DNA of 62,663 nucleotides, the filler included, from an uncultured Myxococcia bacterium (GTDB taxonomy: Bacteria; CAZTWC01), in NCBI GenBank assembly GCA_964617105.1. It is 11 parts of 11 records of this genome, joined end to end, with 100 filler letters (N's around TTAATTAATTAA, not from the genome) between each part and the next. Parts side by side here need not be neighbours in the genome. Positions count along the whole stretch, not along the records: positions 1 to 5,760 come from CAZTWC010000247.1; positions 5,861 to 11,549 come from CAZTWC010000248.1; 9 more parts are not named here. One strand, given 5' to 3'. Below the pieces are notes generated by a model. It was given only the letters and a program-made list of their open reading frames with translations. It was not told where the DNA came from and made no database searches. The translations under genes and the position numbers were made by a program. Numbering within the stretch: the first letter of the stretch is position 1; every line of letters starts with the position of its first letter. Shown in pieces: positions 1 to 8,848 of this stretch.

Positions 1-204
1 GAGTTCGGTCAAAATTAGGGTAGTCGAAAAAAATGGCTTTTTCGGTGATGTAGGACAGTGTAGTCAATTTCCACACAGATCAAGTCTTCTCCAGAGGTTC
101 CATGGGTCTTTAAGAAAACCAGATTTCCTGGTATTATTTATGGTATCATTTAATTTTTCCATTGGTGATGGGTTCCTGATTTTTTTGTTAGTAATGGGGT
201 CTTG

Positions 205-2358
205 TTATTCCCATTGTAAATTGGTCTGTTTAATTTGGTCTAAGATGTTTATCATCCGGTTTTTTTCTTGCTGGGCCAGGGCTTTTTTACCGGCCAGTAT
301 ATAAAGACGTAAGGTAGCGGCGCTAATAAATTTTAGACAATTGTAAGTTGAAATTGTCTGGGGACGGTCATTCAATTTCAAATGGAATTGCTTTCTCTCT
401 GCCTGTAAATATTGGAAAATTTCGGTCCAATCTGCCAATGCTGGTGGCCAGGTACGCAATACTTTGTCCAGTAATTGAAATGATATTGGTAAAGGTTTCA
501 AGGTATTGGCCTTTTTAATTAAAGTAATTATCTTATGGGCAGGAGAAAAGTTAGGGCCGATTGTACCTTTGTGGTTGCCGGGAATTTTGGAAGATATTTT
601 AGATGCCAGTTTTTGACCTACTGGAGTATAAATAGCCATGGCTTTGCTCAAATATTTCAGGTGAGGCGCCGGGAAAGATAGTTTTTCCTCCAATAAATTT
701 ACCGCCAGATGGTTACCAATTTCAGATTTACTATCAGCCAGGATTATGGCCCGGTTGTCCAGGTAGATCACTGTCCAGCTAGCACCAGGGCTATATAGCA
801 GTTCATTGACCAGGGGGATATGTCCCTGGAGCGATATTAGCACCAGGTTGATATGATTTTTTGCTAATAGTTTTTGGGCATTCTGACCTGCAACCACTTG
901 TAAATAGAGTTTAAAATCTGTTTCCCGGTATATTTGTTGAGCCCGGCCTCCAACAGCCAGTTTTAGGGCGGGATATTGCCAGCGTATAAAACCTTCCCAC
1001 TGCCAATCGGCAAAGATTCTCCCTTTTATCTGATTGTCTCTTAAAAAATCTACTGGACTGGAAGGTAGATCTGCAAAAGCAACCATCCGTTTGAATAACT
1101 CCGGCTGGGAGGTTAAATTTTGACTGGCCTGGAGAGGGTTGTCTGGATGATAATGACGCCACAACTCAATAGATGAAGAGATGCAAAATATTAGGAATAA
1201 CAGAAACAATATGAAGGGCAAATATGGCTTGAAACGGAAAATAACCGTAGTTTTGGCTGGGTCCAATATAGTCGATTTTATCAGTCGGGCCAATCTGGGG
1301 GTCAGGGCTATCAAGGCAAAGGGGATAAAACGGCGGTGTAAAATAGTCATAATTACCAGCAAACCCAGAAGAAAAAAGTCAAAAAGCACTATTTCCAGTT
1401 GTGGTTGCCGGTCAGGTATTTTGGGGTTTGGAAAGGCCGGCGAATTTGTCTGGCTGAAATTCTTTAAAGAGGTAACTATTTCTTTTGCTAATGGGAGAGT
1501 CACCAGTAAAAATAGCAGTAAAAATTCCCAGGATCCTTCTTGTAGCGGGGTTTGAAAAAAAGGCTGCCATTCATTGCCGGATTGCCACATGGAATTGCCG
1601 GCTACGCCTAAGGAGTGGGTTAGGTTCCAGTTTAACCATATATCCTGGCTTTTAATAGCTTTGAAGATGTGAAAGGGGGTGAACAGACCAGCCCCGGCCA
1701 GGGCTATGAAAAAGGGGAGCAATCCAAGATTTAATTTGGTGAAAAATTTGATTATACTATTGCCTCTATAAAACCCGATAAATAATCCTGGCAGGCATTG
1801 ATGAAAGACAAACAGGAACAGCACAATCAGCCCCAGCATAAAACCGCCGTGCATATTAGCCCAGGCAATAACCAGCCCGGCAGCCAGCCATATCAGGTGT
1901 TTTTTTTGACGGCAACAATCCAAAAGATAGAGAAGCATAGAGAAGATTAGCAGCGAAAAGAGGTTTGGCCTTAAATCTATTTGAGAACGGAAACAAAAGA
2001 TGACCAGCCCGGCAGCCAGAATTCCGGCCGGGGGCGGCGCACCCCGTTGGTAAGAATAAAGGATTAGACATAGTGCCAGCCAAACCAGGCAAACCATTTT
2101 TAGCAACAATAGCACCCATTCACCACCCAGATAAAAAGTTATATACAGCAGTAGGTGGCTCCCCCAGTTTTGGTTAATCCAGATCCGGCTTTGAGTCAAA
2201 AATGACCATTGGTCTGCCTGGGCAATTATTCCCTGAACAATATCTCGGCCGGCAGCCAATCCGATATAGAGATCACCCACTCCGCGTGGCTGGGCCCAGG
2301 CCAGGATTAAGAAAATGAATAGTATCAAAAGGGGGAAGAATAAGCCGGTATTTTTCAT
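205..2358 (-). CDS. Polytopic membrane protein, probable GT-C-fold glycosyltransferase-like
   Basis: 717 aa with many hydrophobic segments. Motifs GDLYIGLAAGRDI, WINQNWGS, LRPNLFS and WANMHGGF. Soluble C-terminal domain. Adjacent to a mannosyltransferase-like gene. Confidence 0.55.
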   Translation of the reverse strand: MKNTGLFFPLLILFIFLILAWAQPRGVGDLYIGLAAGRDIVQGIIAQADQWSFLTQSRIWINQNWGSHLLLYITFYLGGEWVLLLLKMVCLVWLALCLILYSYQRGAPPPAGILAAGLVIFCFRSQIDLRPNLFSLLIFSMLLYLLDCCRQKKHLIWLAAGLVIAWANMHGGFMLGLIVLFLFVFHQCLPGLFIGFYRGNSIIKFFTKLNLGLLPFFIALAGAGLFTPFHIFKAIKSQDIWLNWNLTHSLGVAGNSMWQSGNEWQPFFQTPLQEGSWEFLLLFLLVTLPLAKEIVTSLKNFSQTNSPAFPNPKIPDRQPQLEIVLFDFFLLGLLVIMTILHRRFIPFALIALTPRLARLIKSTILDPAKTTVIFRFKPYLPFILFLLFLIFCISSSIELWRHYHPDNPLQASQNLTSQPELFKRMVAFADLPSSPVDFLRDNQIKGRIFADWQWEGFIRWQYPALKLAVGGRAQQIYRETDFKLYLQVVAGQNAQKLLAKNHINLVLISLQGHIPLVNELLYSPGASWTVIYLDNRAIILADSKSEIGNHLAVNLLEEKLSFPAPHLKYLSKAMAIYTPVGQKLASKISSKIPGNHKGTIGPNFSPAHKIITLIKKANTLKPLPISFQLLDKVLRTWPPALADWTEIFQYLQAERKQFHLKLNDRPQTISTYNCLKFISAATLRLYILAGKKALAQQEKNRMINILDQIKQTNLQWE

Positions 2359-2361
2359 AAG

Positions 2362-3450
2362 TTAAGCCACCCACAGATTTATGGCAAATCTATAGATAAA
2401 AAGCCCTTGTAGGGTAGCCATCAAGATGGTGAAACCGTATATTAGCGGTTGGTTATGCCGCCACTTTTGTACCAGGGTCATGGCTAAAAAGGGAAATGCC
2501 AACAGAGCATAGCGGCTGTATGCCATACCTTCGCCCATTAAGGCGGGAACCAGTACCAACCCCAGATATATCAGCAACCAGAAACGCTGACCCTGGGATG
2601 CCACAGGAATAATGCCGGCCAGCATGGCCGCAAATCCGCCGGCAAAGCCAGCTACATTAGCCAGGCCCAGGGAGAGGTTAGTCCGACTGGTTTTAGCCTC
2701 CATCGGTCGCAGGTATTGCCACAACAGGGCAACAGCCAGGGCAAAGGGCAGGATTAGTCCCTGGGGTCGGCAGATAGGTAGAAGTATGGCAAAAGGGATG
2801 CTATGATAGGAGTTTTTCACCTGAAAATAGTAAAGAAAACCGAACAGTAGAGATAAGAACAGCGCCTCTGTATAGATGGTGGTCAAGTAAAAGGCGGTGG
2901 GAAAACAGAGCACTAGCAGGAAACCTTGCAGACACCGCCCTGCGGGTAAATTTTGAACCCGGCTGATTCGATAAAAGAAATAGAAAAACAGCAGGCAAAA
3001 CAAACTGACCAGCAGGTATCCTGCCCTAAAGTAACCGCCCGCCAGGGGAGCCGCCAATCGGATTAGTGCCGGCAATAGGGGATAGAGGGCTGGTGATTCT
3101 GGTTGCACTTTGGCGTAGGTTTTATAACCGTATTTGGCTATAGCCAGATAGTGTTGTCCATCCCAGTGACTGAAAGGGGAAGGCAGAATTTTAGCTGGTG
3201 AAGGCTTACGTTGAAGGAAGGCCTCCTTGTATTGTAAATGATAGTGGAAATTCCAGGAGTTGAAGATTATTGGAGAGGAGAAATAGGCCATGGTTAAAAA
3301 CAGAAAAATGGCAATTTTCCAGAAAAAAAATATTAGTAGAAGATGTTTATAAGGTTTGATCTTATTAAGGATTCGTGCAAAGGAGGGAAGAGGATGTTTT
3401 TTTATCTTAGGTTCAGCGTCCATGCTGTTAGCGGCGGGCTCAGTGTCCAT
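2362..3450 (-). CDS. PIG-V-like membrane mannosyltransferase family protein
   Basis: WDGQHYLAIAKYGY...ALYPLLPALIR and YTEALF motifs, multiple TM segments. Start uncertain (ATG at 3450 or 3423). Confidence 0.7.
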   Translation of the reverse strand: MDTEPAANSMDAEPKIKKHPLPSFARILNKIKPYKHLLLIFFFWKIAIFLFLTMAYFSSPIIFNSWNFHYHLQYKEAFLQRKPSPAKILPSPFSHWDGQHYLAIAKYGYKTYAKVQPESPALYPLLPALIRLAAPLAGGYFRAGYLLVSLFCLLFFYFFYRISRVQNLPAGRCLQGFLLVLCFPTAFYLTTIYTEALFLSLLFGFLYYFQVKNSYHSIPFAILLPICRPQGLILPFALAVALLWQYLRPMEAKTSRTNLSLGLANVAGFAGGFAAMLAGIIPVASQGQRFWLLIYLGLVLVPALMGEGMAYSRYALLAFPFLAMTLVQKWRHNQPLIYGFTILMATLQGLFIYRFAINLWVA

Positions 3451-3454
3451 GCTG

Positions 3455-4459
3455 TTAGCGTAGGCCTTGTTTTTTAAGGTAATCAATTACCATGGCTGGA
3501 TAATCGGTTATAATACCATCAACCCCTACTTTTATTGCCTGTCTCAGGTATTTTTCATCGTTTATGGTCCAAGTGGCGACCTTTACACCCGCTTTTTGGA
3601 GTCGCTGGACCTCTTTTTTTATCAGCAGTTGTTTACCTATTGAGGCAATATCTGCCTTGATTGATTTGACCGCACCCAACATATCCAGGAGTTGGTAATC
3701 TTCAAAAAGTTGGGCGGTTTTAATCTGGGGCTGTTTTTGTTTCACCAGGGCCAGGGTACGGTAATCAAAAGATTGGATTGTCACCCTGGAAGCCAATCTT
3801 TCCTCGGCGATTACTTTCAGCAATAGTTCTACAAAAAGGTCTGGAGATGCGGTTTTTTGTTCGGGAAAAAGATTTTTAACCTTGGTTTCAATATCAAATT
3901 TTACCTCTTTTTTTCCCAATTGTTTTACCAGACGAAAAACCTCTTTTAAAGTGGGAGGAGAGGTGCCGGGTATCTTTTTTTGATGGGGGAAGTTTGGATT
4001 TATTTGGTTTACTTTCCCTCCGCAGTCATACTGTTTAACCTGTTTTAGAGTAAGGTTTTTAATCAAGGCCATGGGGCCTTGCGGGGCAGGATTTTTTCCT
4101 TTAAAGGTGCAATTTTGAGGGGAAAAAGCAGGGTCGTGACTCAAGACAATTTGTGAGTCTTTGGTTATCATCACATCCAACTCCAGCACATCCACTCCAA
4201 CTTTTAGTGCATATTTAAAGGCGGGCAGGGTGTTTTCCGGATATTTGCCCCGGGCACCACGGTGCCCTTCCACCCAAATCTTTTTTTTACTTTTGAAACC
4301 GTTCTGTTTTTTAGTTTGGGAACGTTTAACCGTATTTTTAGTCCTGGCCTGGGAGGATGACCAAAATAATTGCCCAACTATAAGGGCGGTAAGGCAGAAG
4401 AAGAGGATCGCAACCTGTATTAGTTTATGGTAAATGGTTTTATTGTTGCTGGATAACAT
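3455..4459 (-). CDS. Glycerophosphodiester phosphodiesterase (GDPD family), N-terminally anchored
   Basis: GHRGARG.YPENT, ELDV, SHD, DIETK, IQSFD, WTIND and GIITDYP motifs. Confidence 0.92.
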   Translation of the reverse strand: MLSSNNKTIYHKLIQVAILFFCLTALIVGQLFWSSSQARTKNTVKRSQTKKQNGFKSKKKIWVEGHRGARGKYPENTLPAFKYALKVGVDVLELDVMITKDSQIVLSHDPAFSPQNCTFKGKNPAPQGPMALIKNLTLKQVKQYDCGGKVNQINPNFPHQKKIPGTSPPTLKEVFRLVKQLGKKEVKFDIETKVKNLFPEQKTASPDLFVELLLKVIAEERLASRVTIQSFDYRTLALVKQKQPQIKTAQLFEDYQLLDMLGAVKSIKADIASIGKQLLIKKEVQRLQKAGVKVATWTINDEKYLRQAIKVGVDGIITDYPAMVIDYLKKQGLR

Positions 4460-4574
4460 TGATAACTACTCTTTTTATTTAGTGTAAGTACCTTCAAGAT
4501 TTGATGAAAACACTTTAAATTAGATTACCTCTAATATAAATTTTTAACAAGAAAAAATCTAGATCTATTAAGGC

Positions 4575-4808
4575 TTATCCCCCCCCACTCATTAGTAGAA
4601 AATTCACCTCCTGGTCAGGTTTGATTGTAGTTTCTGGAGAGCATTTTTCTCCATCGATAACAATCTGCACCCATTTCATCTCCTGGTCAGTATAACCAAG
4701 TTGTTGCACCAGGTCACTAAGAGAGCAATGGTCCGGAACTTCAATCTCCCGGGAAACCTGGGGCCAGGGTCTGCGCATCAAACCGAAAAAAGTAACAGTT
4801 ATTTTCAT
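4575..4808 (-). CDS. MoaD/ThiS-family sulfur carrier protein
   Basis: 77 aa, ubiquitin-like size, MKITVTFFG start and C-terminal SGGG. Confidence 0.85.
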   Translation of the reverse strand: MKITVTFFGLMRRPWPQVSREIEVPDHCSLSDLVQQLGYTDQEMKWVQIVIDGEKCSPETTIKPDQEVNFLLMSGGG

Positions 4809-4985
4809 TGTATTCTGGTAAAACTTTTCTTGAAATTTTAAACTCTTTTGCTTATAGTTAATTGTCGTCCTAAAATGTACTTCATCGCAGCAGAGAACGG
4901 GGTAGTTATCTTGTGGGCAGCAACATTTGTCAATTGACTTTTAGCAATATTACCATAAGTTGCCAATTCTTTTCAGGGATTTTTT

Positions 4986-5760
4986 GTGGACTTGTATAAT
5001 AGATTAAAAACCAGAATTCATGACCAGGCCAAAGGTGGCGGCACCCTGGTAGCGTTTTCTGGAGGGGTGGACAGCACCTTACTGTTAAAGGCAGCGCTAG
5101 ATGCCCTTTCAGGTAATGTGCTGGCGGTTACTGCCCATTCTGCTCTCCATCCAGACCGGGAAATGAAAATAGCCGCCAGTTTGACGGAAAAAATGGGGAT
5201 TGAACATTTGGTTGTCCATAGTCAAGAGATGGATATTTTAAAATTTCGGGCTAATCAACAAAATCGCTGTTATTTGTGCAAAAAAGAGTTGTTTACCACC
5301 TTTAGAGAAATAGCTGGGAAGCGGAGTATATCTTTGGTGCTGGAAGGGAGCAATAGTGATGACCAGAACGATTATCGTCCTGGGATGAAGGCGGTCAAGG
5401 AGTTGGGAATTGGTTCCCCATTTCTGGACATGGGGATTACAAAAGAGCAGATCCGTAGTATGGCCAGGAAGTTGGACATCTCTGTATGGGACAAACCCTC
5501 TTTTGCTTGCCTGGCTTCCAGAATTCCTTATGGCCAAGAGATAACCTCTGAGCGGTTGAAACGGATAGAGGCGGCAGAAGATATTTTACTGGCCCATGGC
5601 TTCACTCAGGTTAGGGCCAGAGATCATCATCCGGTTCTTCGTATTGAGGTGTTGCCGGAGCAGATAGAATTTTTTGCCCAAAAGATTAATAGGGAAAAGA
5701 TAGTGCAAAAACTTCGAAAGATTGGCTATCCTTATCTATCTCTGGATTTGGAAGGTTTTC
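4986..5760 (+). CDS. larE: ATP-dependent sulfur transferase LarE (3' end cut at contig end)
   Basis: PP-loop AFSGGVDS, RCYLCK, DYRPG, ACLASRIPYG, QVRARDH and LDLEGF. Confidence 0.9.
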
Positions 5761-5860
5761 NNNNNNNNNNNNNNNNNNNNNNNNNNNNNNNNNNNNNNNN
5801 NNNNTTAATTAATTAANNNNNNNNNNNNNNNNNNNNNNNNNNNNNNNNNNNNNNNNNNNN
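5761..5860. other. Artificial contig linker (N44-TTAATTAATTAA-N44), first of ten
   Basis: Identical 100-nt linkers at 5761-5860, 11550-11649, 17335-17434, 23108-23207, 28857-28956, 34597-34696, 40255-40354, 45888-45987, 51498-51597 and 57086-57185. The core has stops in all six frames. Separate internal scaffold gaps lie at 30772-30802, 37038-37079 and 48685-48750. Confidence 0.98.
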
Positions 5861-7691
5861 CGGAACTGCATGTTCTCTCTAATTGTTCGTCAATTTTTCC
5901 ATCACAGTTGTTGTCTTGGTCATCGCAGGTGATTTCTGTCTTCTCGTATTCACTGATCTGGTGGTAATCAGGCTCTATCCAAACCCCTTTGATACAGATC
6001 TGTTTTTGTCCAGTGCAAACCCCTTTAATTAACTTGGCATCGGGATAAACCATATCCTGGTCATCTGTATCAATCTTGCCATCTCCATCATTGTCTTTTT
6101 GGTCACAAATCTCTTCCCGAGGCACAACTTTTATTCTCACCACATCGGGGGCGCCAAAATCTTTGCCATCCCCAACCGCCAAAGCCACCTCGAACAACCC
6201 AGGTTTGTCACCGGGAAAACTGGCCATATTTTTATTGCGATCAACTATTTTGGCCTGGCTTCCAGAAGGTTTTTGGACAAAATACCAATGAAAAATTAAG
6301 TTGTTATCCTTATCATCGGGATCATAACTTTTAGAGCCGTCCAACTTAATTATTTGCCCGTAATCTTGTTCCTGATTCTCTCCGGCATCAGCCACTGGGG
6401 GGCGGTTGCCATCCACCTCTACGTATTCCCGGCAAATCTCCATATCCGGGTCGTATTTAAACCCCAAAGGATTGCACCAACAATAACTGTCCTCATCTTT
6501 ATTAACGATGCCGTCATTGTCGTTGTCACAGTCCACCGTAACATCGTTGCAACTTTGATCTTTGCTGCTTTGATCTTTTATCCCATCTCCGTCACAATCA
6601 GGGGCAGCCACTTTTTGATCCTCTTTATCCTTATCTTTATCAGTATCTTTTCCATCTTGCCCATCTTGTGGATCGTCAGTTTTCTCTTTCTCTTTTTTCT
6701 TGGGATAGATGTTATTCACCTTGGTTTCTTCTTTGTCCAACACCACCACGTTGGCCACGAAACCGTTATACTCCTCACTAAGTGGTTTTCGCAGCAAACC
6801 AGCCAACAGGGACTGCGATTTTTCATCTCTATCAATAGTTCCGTGGGCTTTTAACATGAAAATACCCTGGGGAACATCCTCTATTTGATATTTACCATCG
6901 TTGCCCACCTGAAAAGGACCGATTTGCTTTTCTCCTCCAATAAGGGTCACCTGTAGACCGCCATAATTTGAGACTCCAGGAATTACTATCTTACCAACAA
7001 CGCTACCCTTGGCCTCAGGGTCGTATTTCATCATCACTTTATCATTTATGGTCTTGCTCTGACCAACTTCGGTGCTAATATTACGCAATACCCCTATTCC
7101 TAAGTGGGGCCGGTTGATAGCTGCCGCCACCAGTACATAGTCACCCTTGGGAACCCGTTTGAGAGAAAATTTGCCATCCATGCCGGTAAAGGCAGACCAG
7201 GAGGTGTTGGCCAGCACCACTTTTATTCCCAACTTGTCACCACTTTCAAAGGGCACCACTTCTCCTTTGATATCTCCGGCTTTGGCCACCACAATAGGCC
7301 CCAGATCAACCGCATCCCCATCTTTGACAATAATGTTTCTTCGCCGCATCTGCAGAGCCCATTTCTCCTTCGGCTCATCAGGGTGGGTGCACTTGATATG
7401 AACGGTGTGAGAATCGATTTTTTCCTCTGCTGCTGGCACATTATGCATCTTGAACTGTCCCTGAGCATCGGTGGGCACGGTTAGAGTTGTTCCCAGCAGG
7501 TGGATTAGACACCCGGATAATAGATGTCTCTTTTGAGCATCTTCATAGACAATGGTGCCTTTAATTACCCCAGGCTGACTCTTTTCTATAGGATTATCAA
7601 AATCGAATCGGCAGGATATGAAGGATATGAAGGATATAAAGGATATGAATGAAAATAACCATAATTGGGGAAAAAATGTTTTGGTTTTCAT
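5861..7691 (-). CDS. Large lipoprotein with carboxypeptidase-regulatory-like beta domains, Asp-rich Ca-binding repeats, a PKD-like domain and Cys-rich repeats (3' truncated)
   Basis: Lipobox FISC. Motifs DCDGDGIKD, DNDNDGI, NRPPVADAG...LDGS.SYDPD, EICDQKDNDGDGKID and CDDQDNNCDGKIDE. Confidence 0.7.
7614..7649 (-). repeat. 4 x 9-bp tandem repeat (GGATATGAA) encoding (SFI)n in the signal peptide
   Basis: Copies at 7614, 7623, 7632 (one mismatch) and 7641, directly before the lipobox Cys codon. Confidence 0.9.
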
Positions 7692-7753
7692 AATTATCTC
7701 GTAAATTGTAGGATGGACACTAGTGCACTAGATAAACAACTAATTTTCAATAT

Positions 7754-8842
7754 TTAGCGCATGGCTTTCTTTTTGGCAACCAGTTTTTTGGCCGTAGTGG
7801 TGATAACCGAATGGGTCCCTCTGGTTTTGGAGATGTTTATTAGATCTTTAAAGTTTAAGGTGGGTAAATATCGAAGCGAAAGGGAAAGAGGAGTTTTGGG
7901 ATTCTTAACCAGAGCCGATTTGACGTGATAGTTTTTAATCCACTCTTTATTGGTTGCTATCCTTCTAACCACCTCTTCGTTTAAATTTTTATTTTTGGCA
8001 TAATCGCAGACTTCATGTTCGGTTAATTTTGGGTTATCCAAAACCGAGCAGGCAATTACTTTGTTGGATGAAGAGATAAGAGCCCGGCGGGTTTCCCGGT
8101 TGCCCATTGCACCCAATTTAATCCTCTGAGCCACGCTTAGCAGTTTTATTTTTGACAACAGAGATTCTCTTTTAACCTCAGTATTTTCACCCTCTTCAAC
8201 CAGTTCCTGCGGAAGTTCTTCAGCCCCCTTTTCCTCTTCTTTTTGGTCAGGCTCTTCTCTTCTCTTCTTTTCTGTAGCAGGGGCTTCTTCTGGTTCTTTG
8301 CTGATTTCCCCCGGGGCTTCAGTCCAGGGGAGGTTATGCTCTCGGGCAAAATCATGTAATTTTTCTGTGGTAGCCTTGCTCAGGTTACCGCCCGATATCA
8401 AGGCGGGTAACAATTCCCTGCATCTAATCAGCCGCACTTGGTTTTGGGCGATTATCTCTGCGGTGTCTTTGCTCACCTGGCCGGCCAACCATACTATGGT
8501 GTTATCATGGCAATTCTTATTGAGAACAATATGCTCAAGAAAAAGCGGAACTCTGGTCAGGCAGACCTGGGCAGCCAGATGCAGCACTTGGGGGGAGTCT
8601 ATCCCACCTGTAGCGGCTTCAGCCATATTCGCGGGCATTTGCTCTAAACTATTTATAGCCTCAGAGCGTAATTTTTCCTCTTGCTCTGAAGCCATTATCA
8701 GTAAAAGAGCCAGGATTTCATCGGGCGCCAGAGGTGCCATCATTTTGGCTGCCATAAGGCGCATGGGCATTGGACAGGAAGGCTCTAAATAGGGCTTTAT
8801 CTTTTCTGGTAAATGATGTCGTTCTATTTTCATAACCGGCAC
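7754..8842 (-). CDS. Conserved hypothetical helical-repeat protein
   Basis: 362 aa, two helical domains separated by an acidic linker. C-terminal IATNKEWIKNYHVKSALVKNPKTP resembles deltaproteobacterial proteins of unknown function. Confidence 0.6.
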   Translation of the reverse strand: MPVMKIERHHLPEKIKPYLEPSCPMPMRLMAAKMMAPLAPDEILALLLIMASEQEEKLRSEAINSLEQMPANMAEAATGGIDSPQVLHLAAQVCLTRVPLFLEHIVLNKNCHDNTIVWLAGQVSKDTAEIIAQNQVRLIRCRELLPALISGGNLSKATTEKLHDFAREHNLPWTEAPGEISKEPEEAPATEKKRREEPDQKEEEKGAEELPQELVEEGENTEVKRESLLSKIKLLSVAQRIKLGAMGNRETRRALISSSNKVIACSVLDNPKLTEHEVCDYAKNKNLNEEVVRRIATNKEWIKNYHVKSALVKNPKTPLSLSLRYLPTLNFKDLINISKTRGTHSVITTTAKKLVAKKKAMR

Positions 8843-8848
8843 TAGATA

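Noticed and set aside
1-204. Gene start at the left edge on the minus strand
   Set aside because: The ATG frame stops after about 30 codons and no motif is recognisable.
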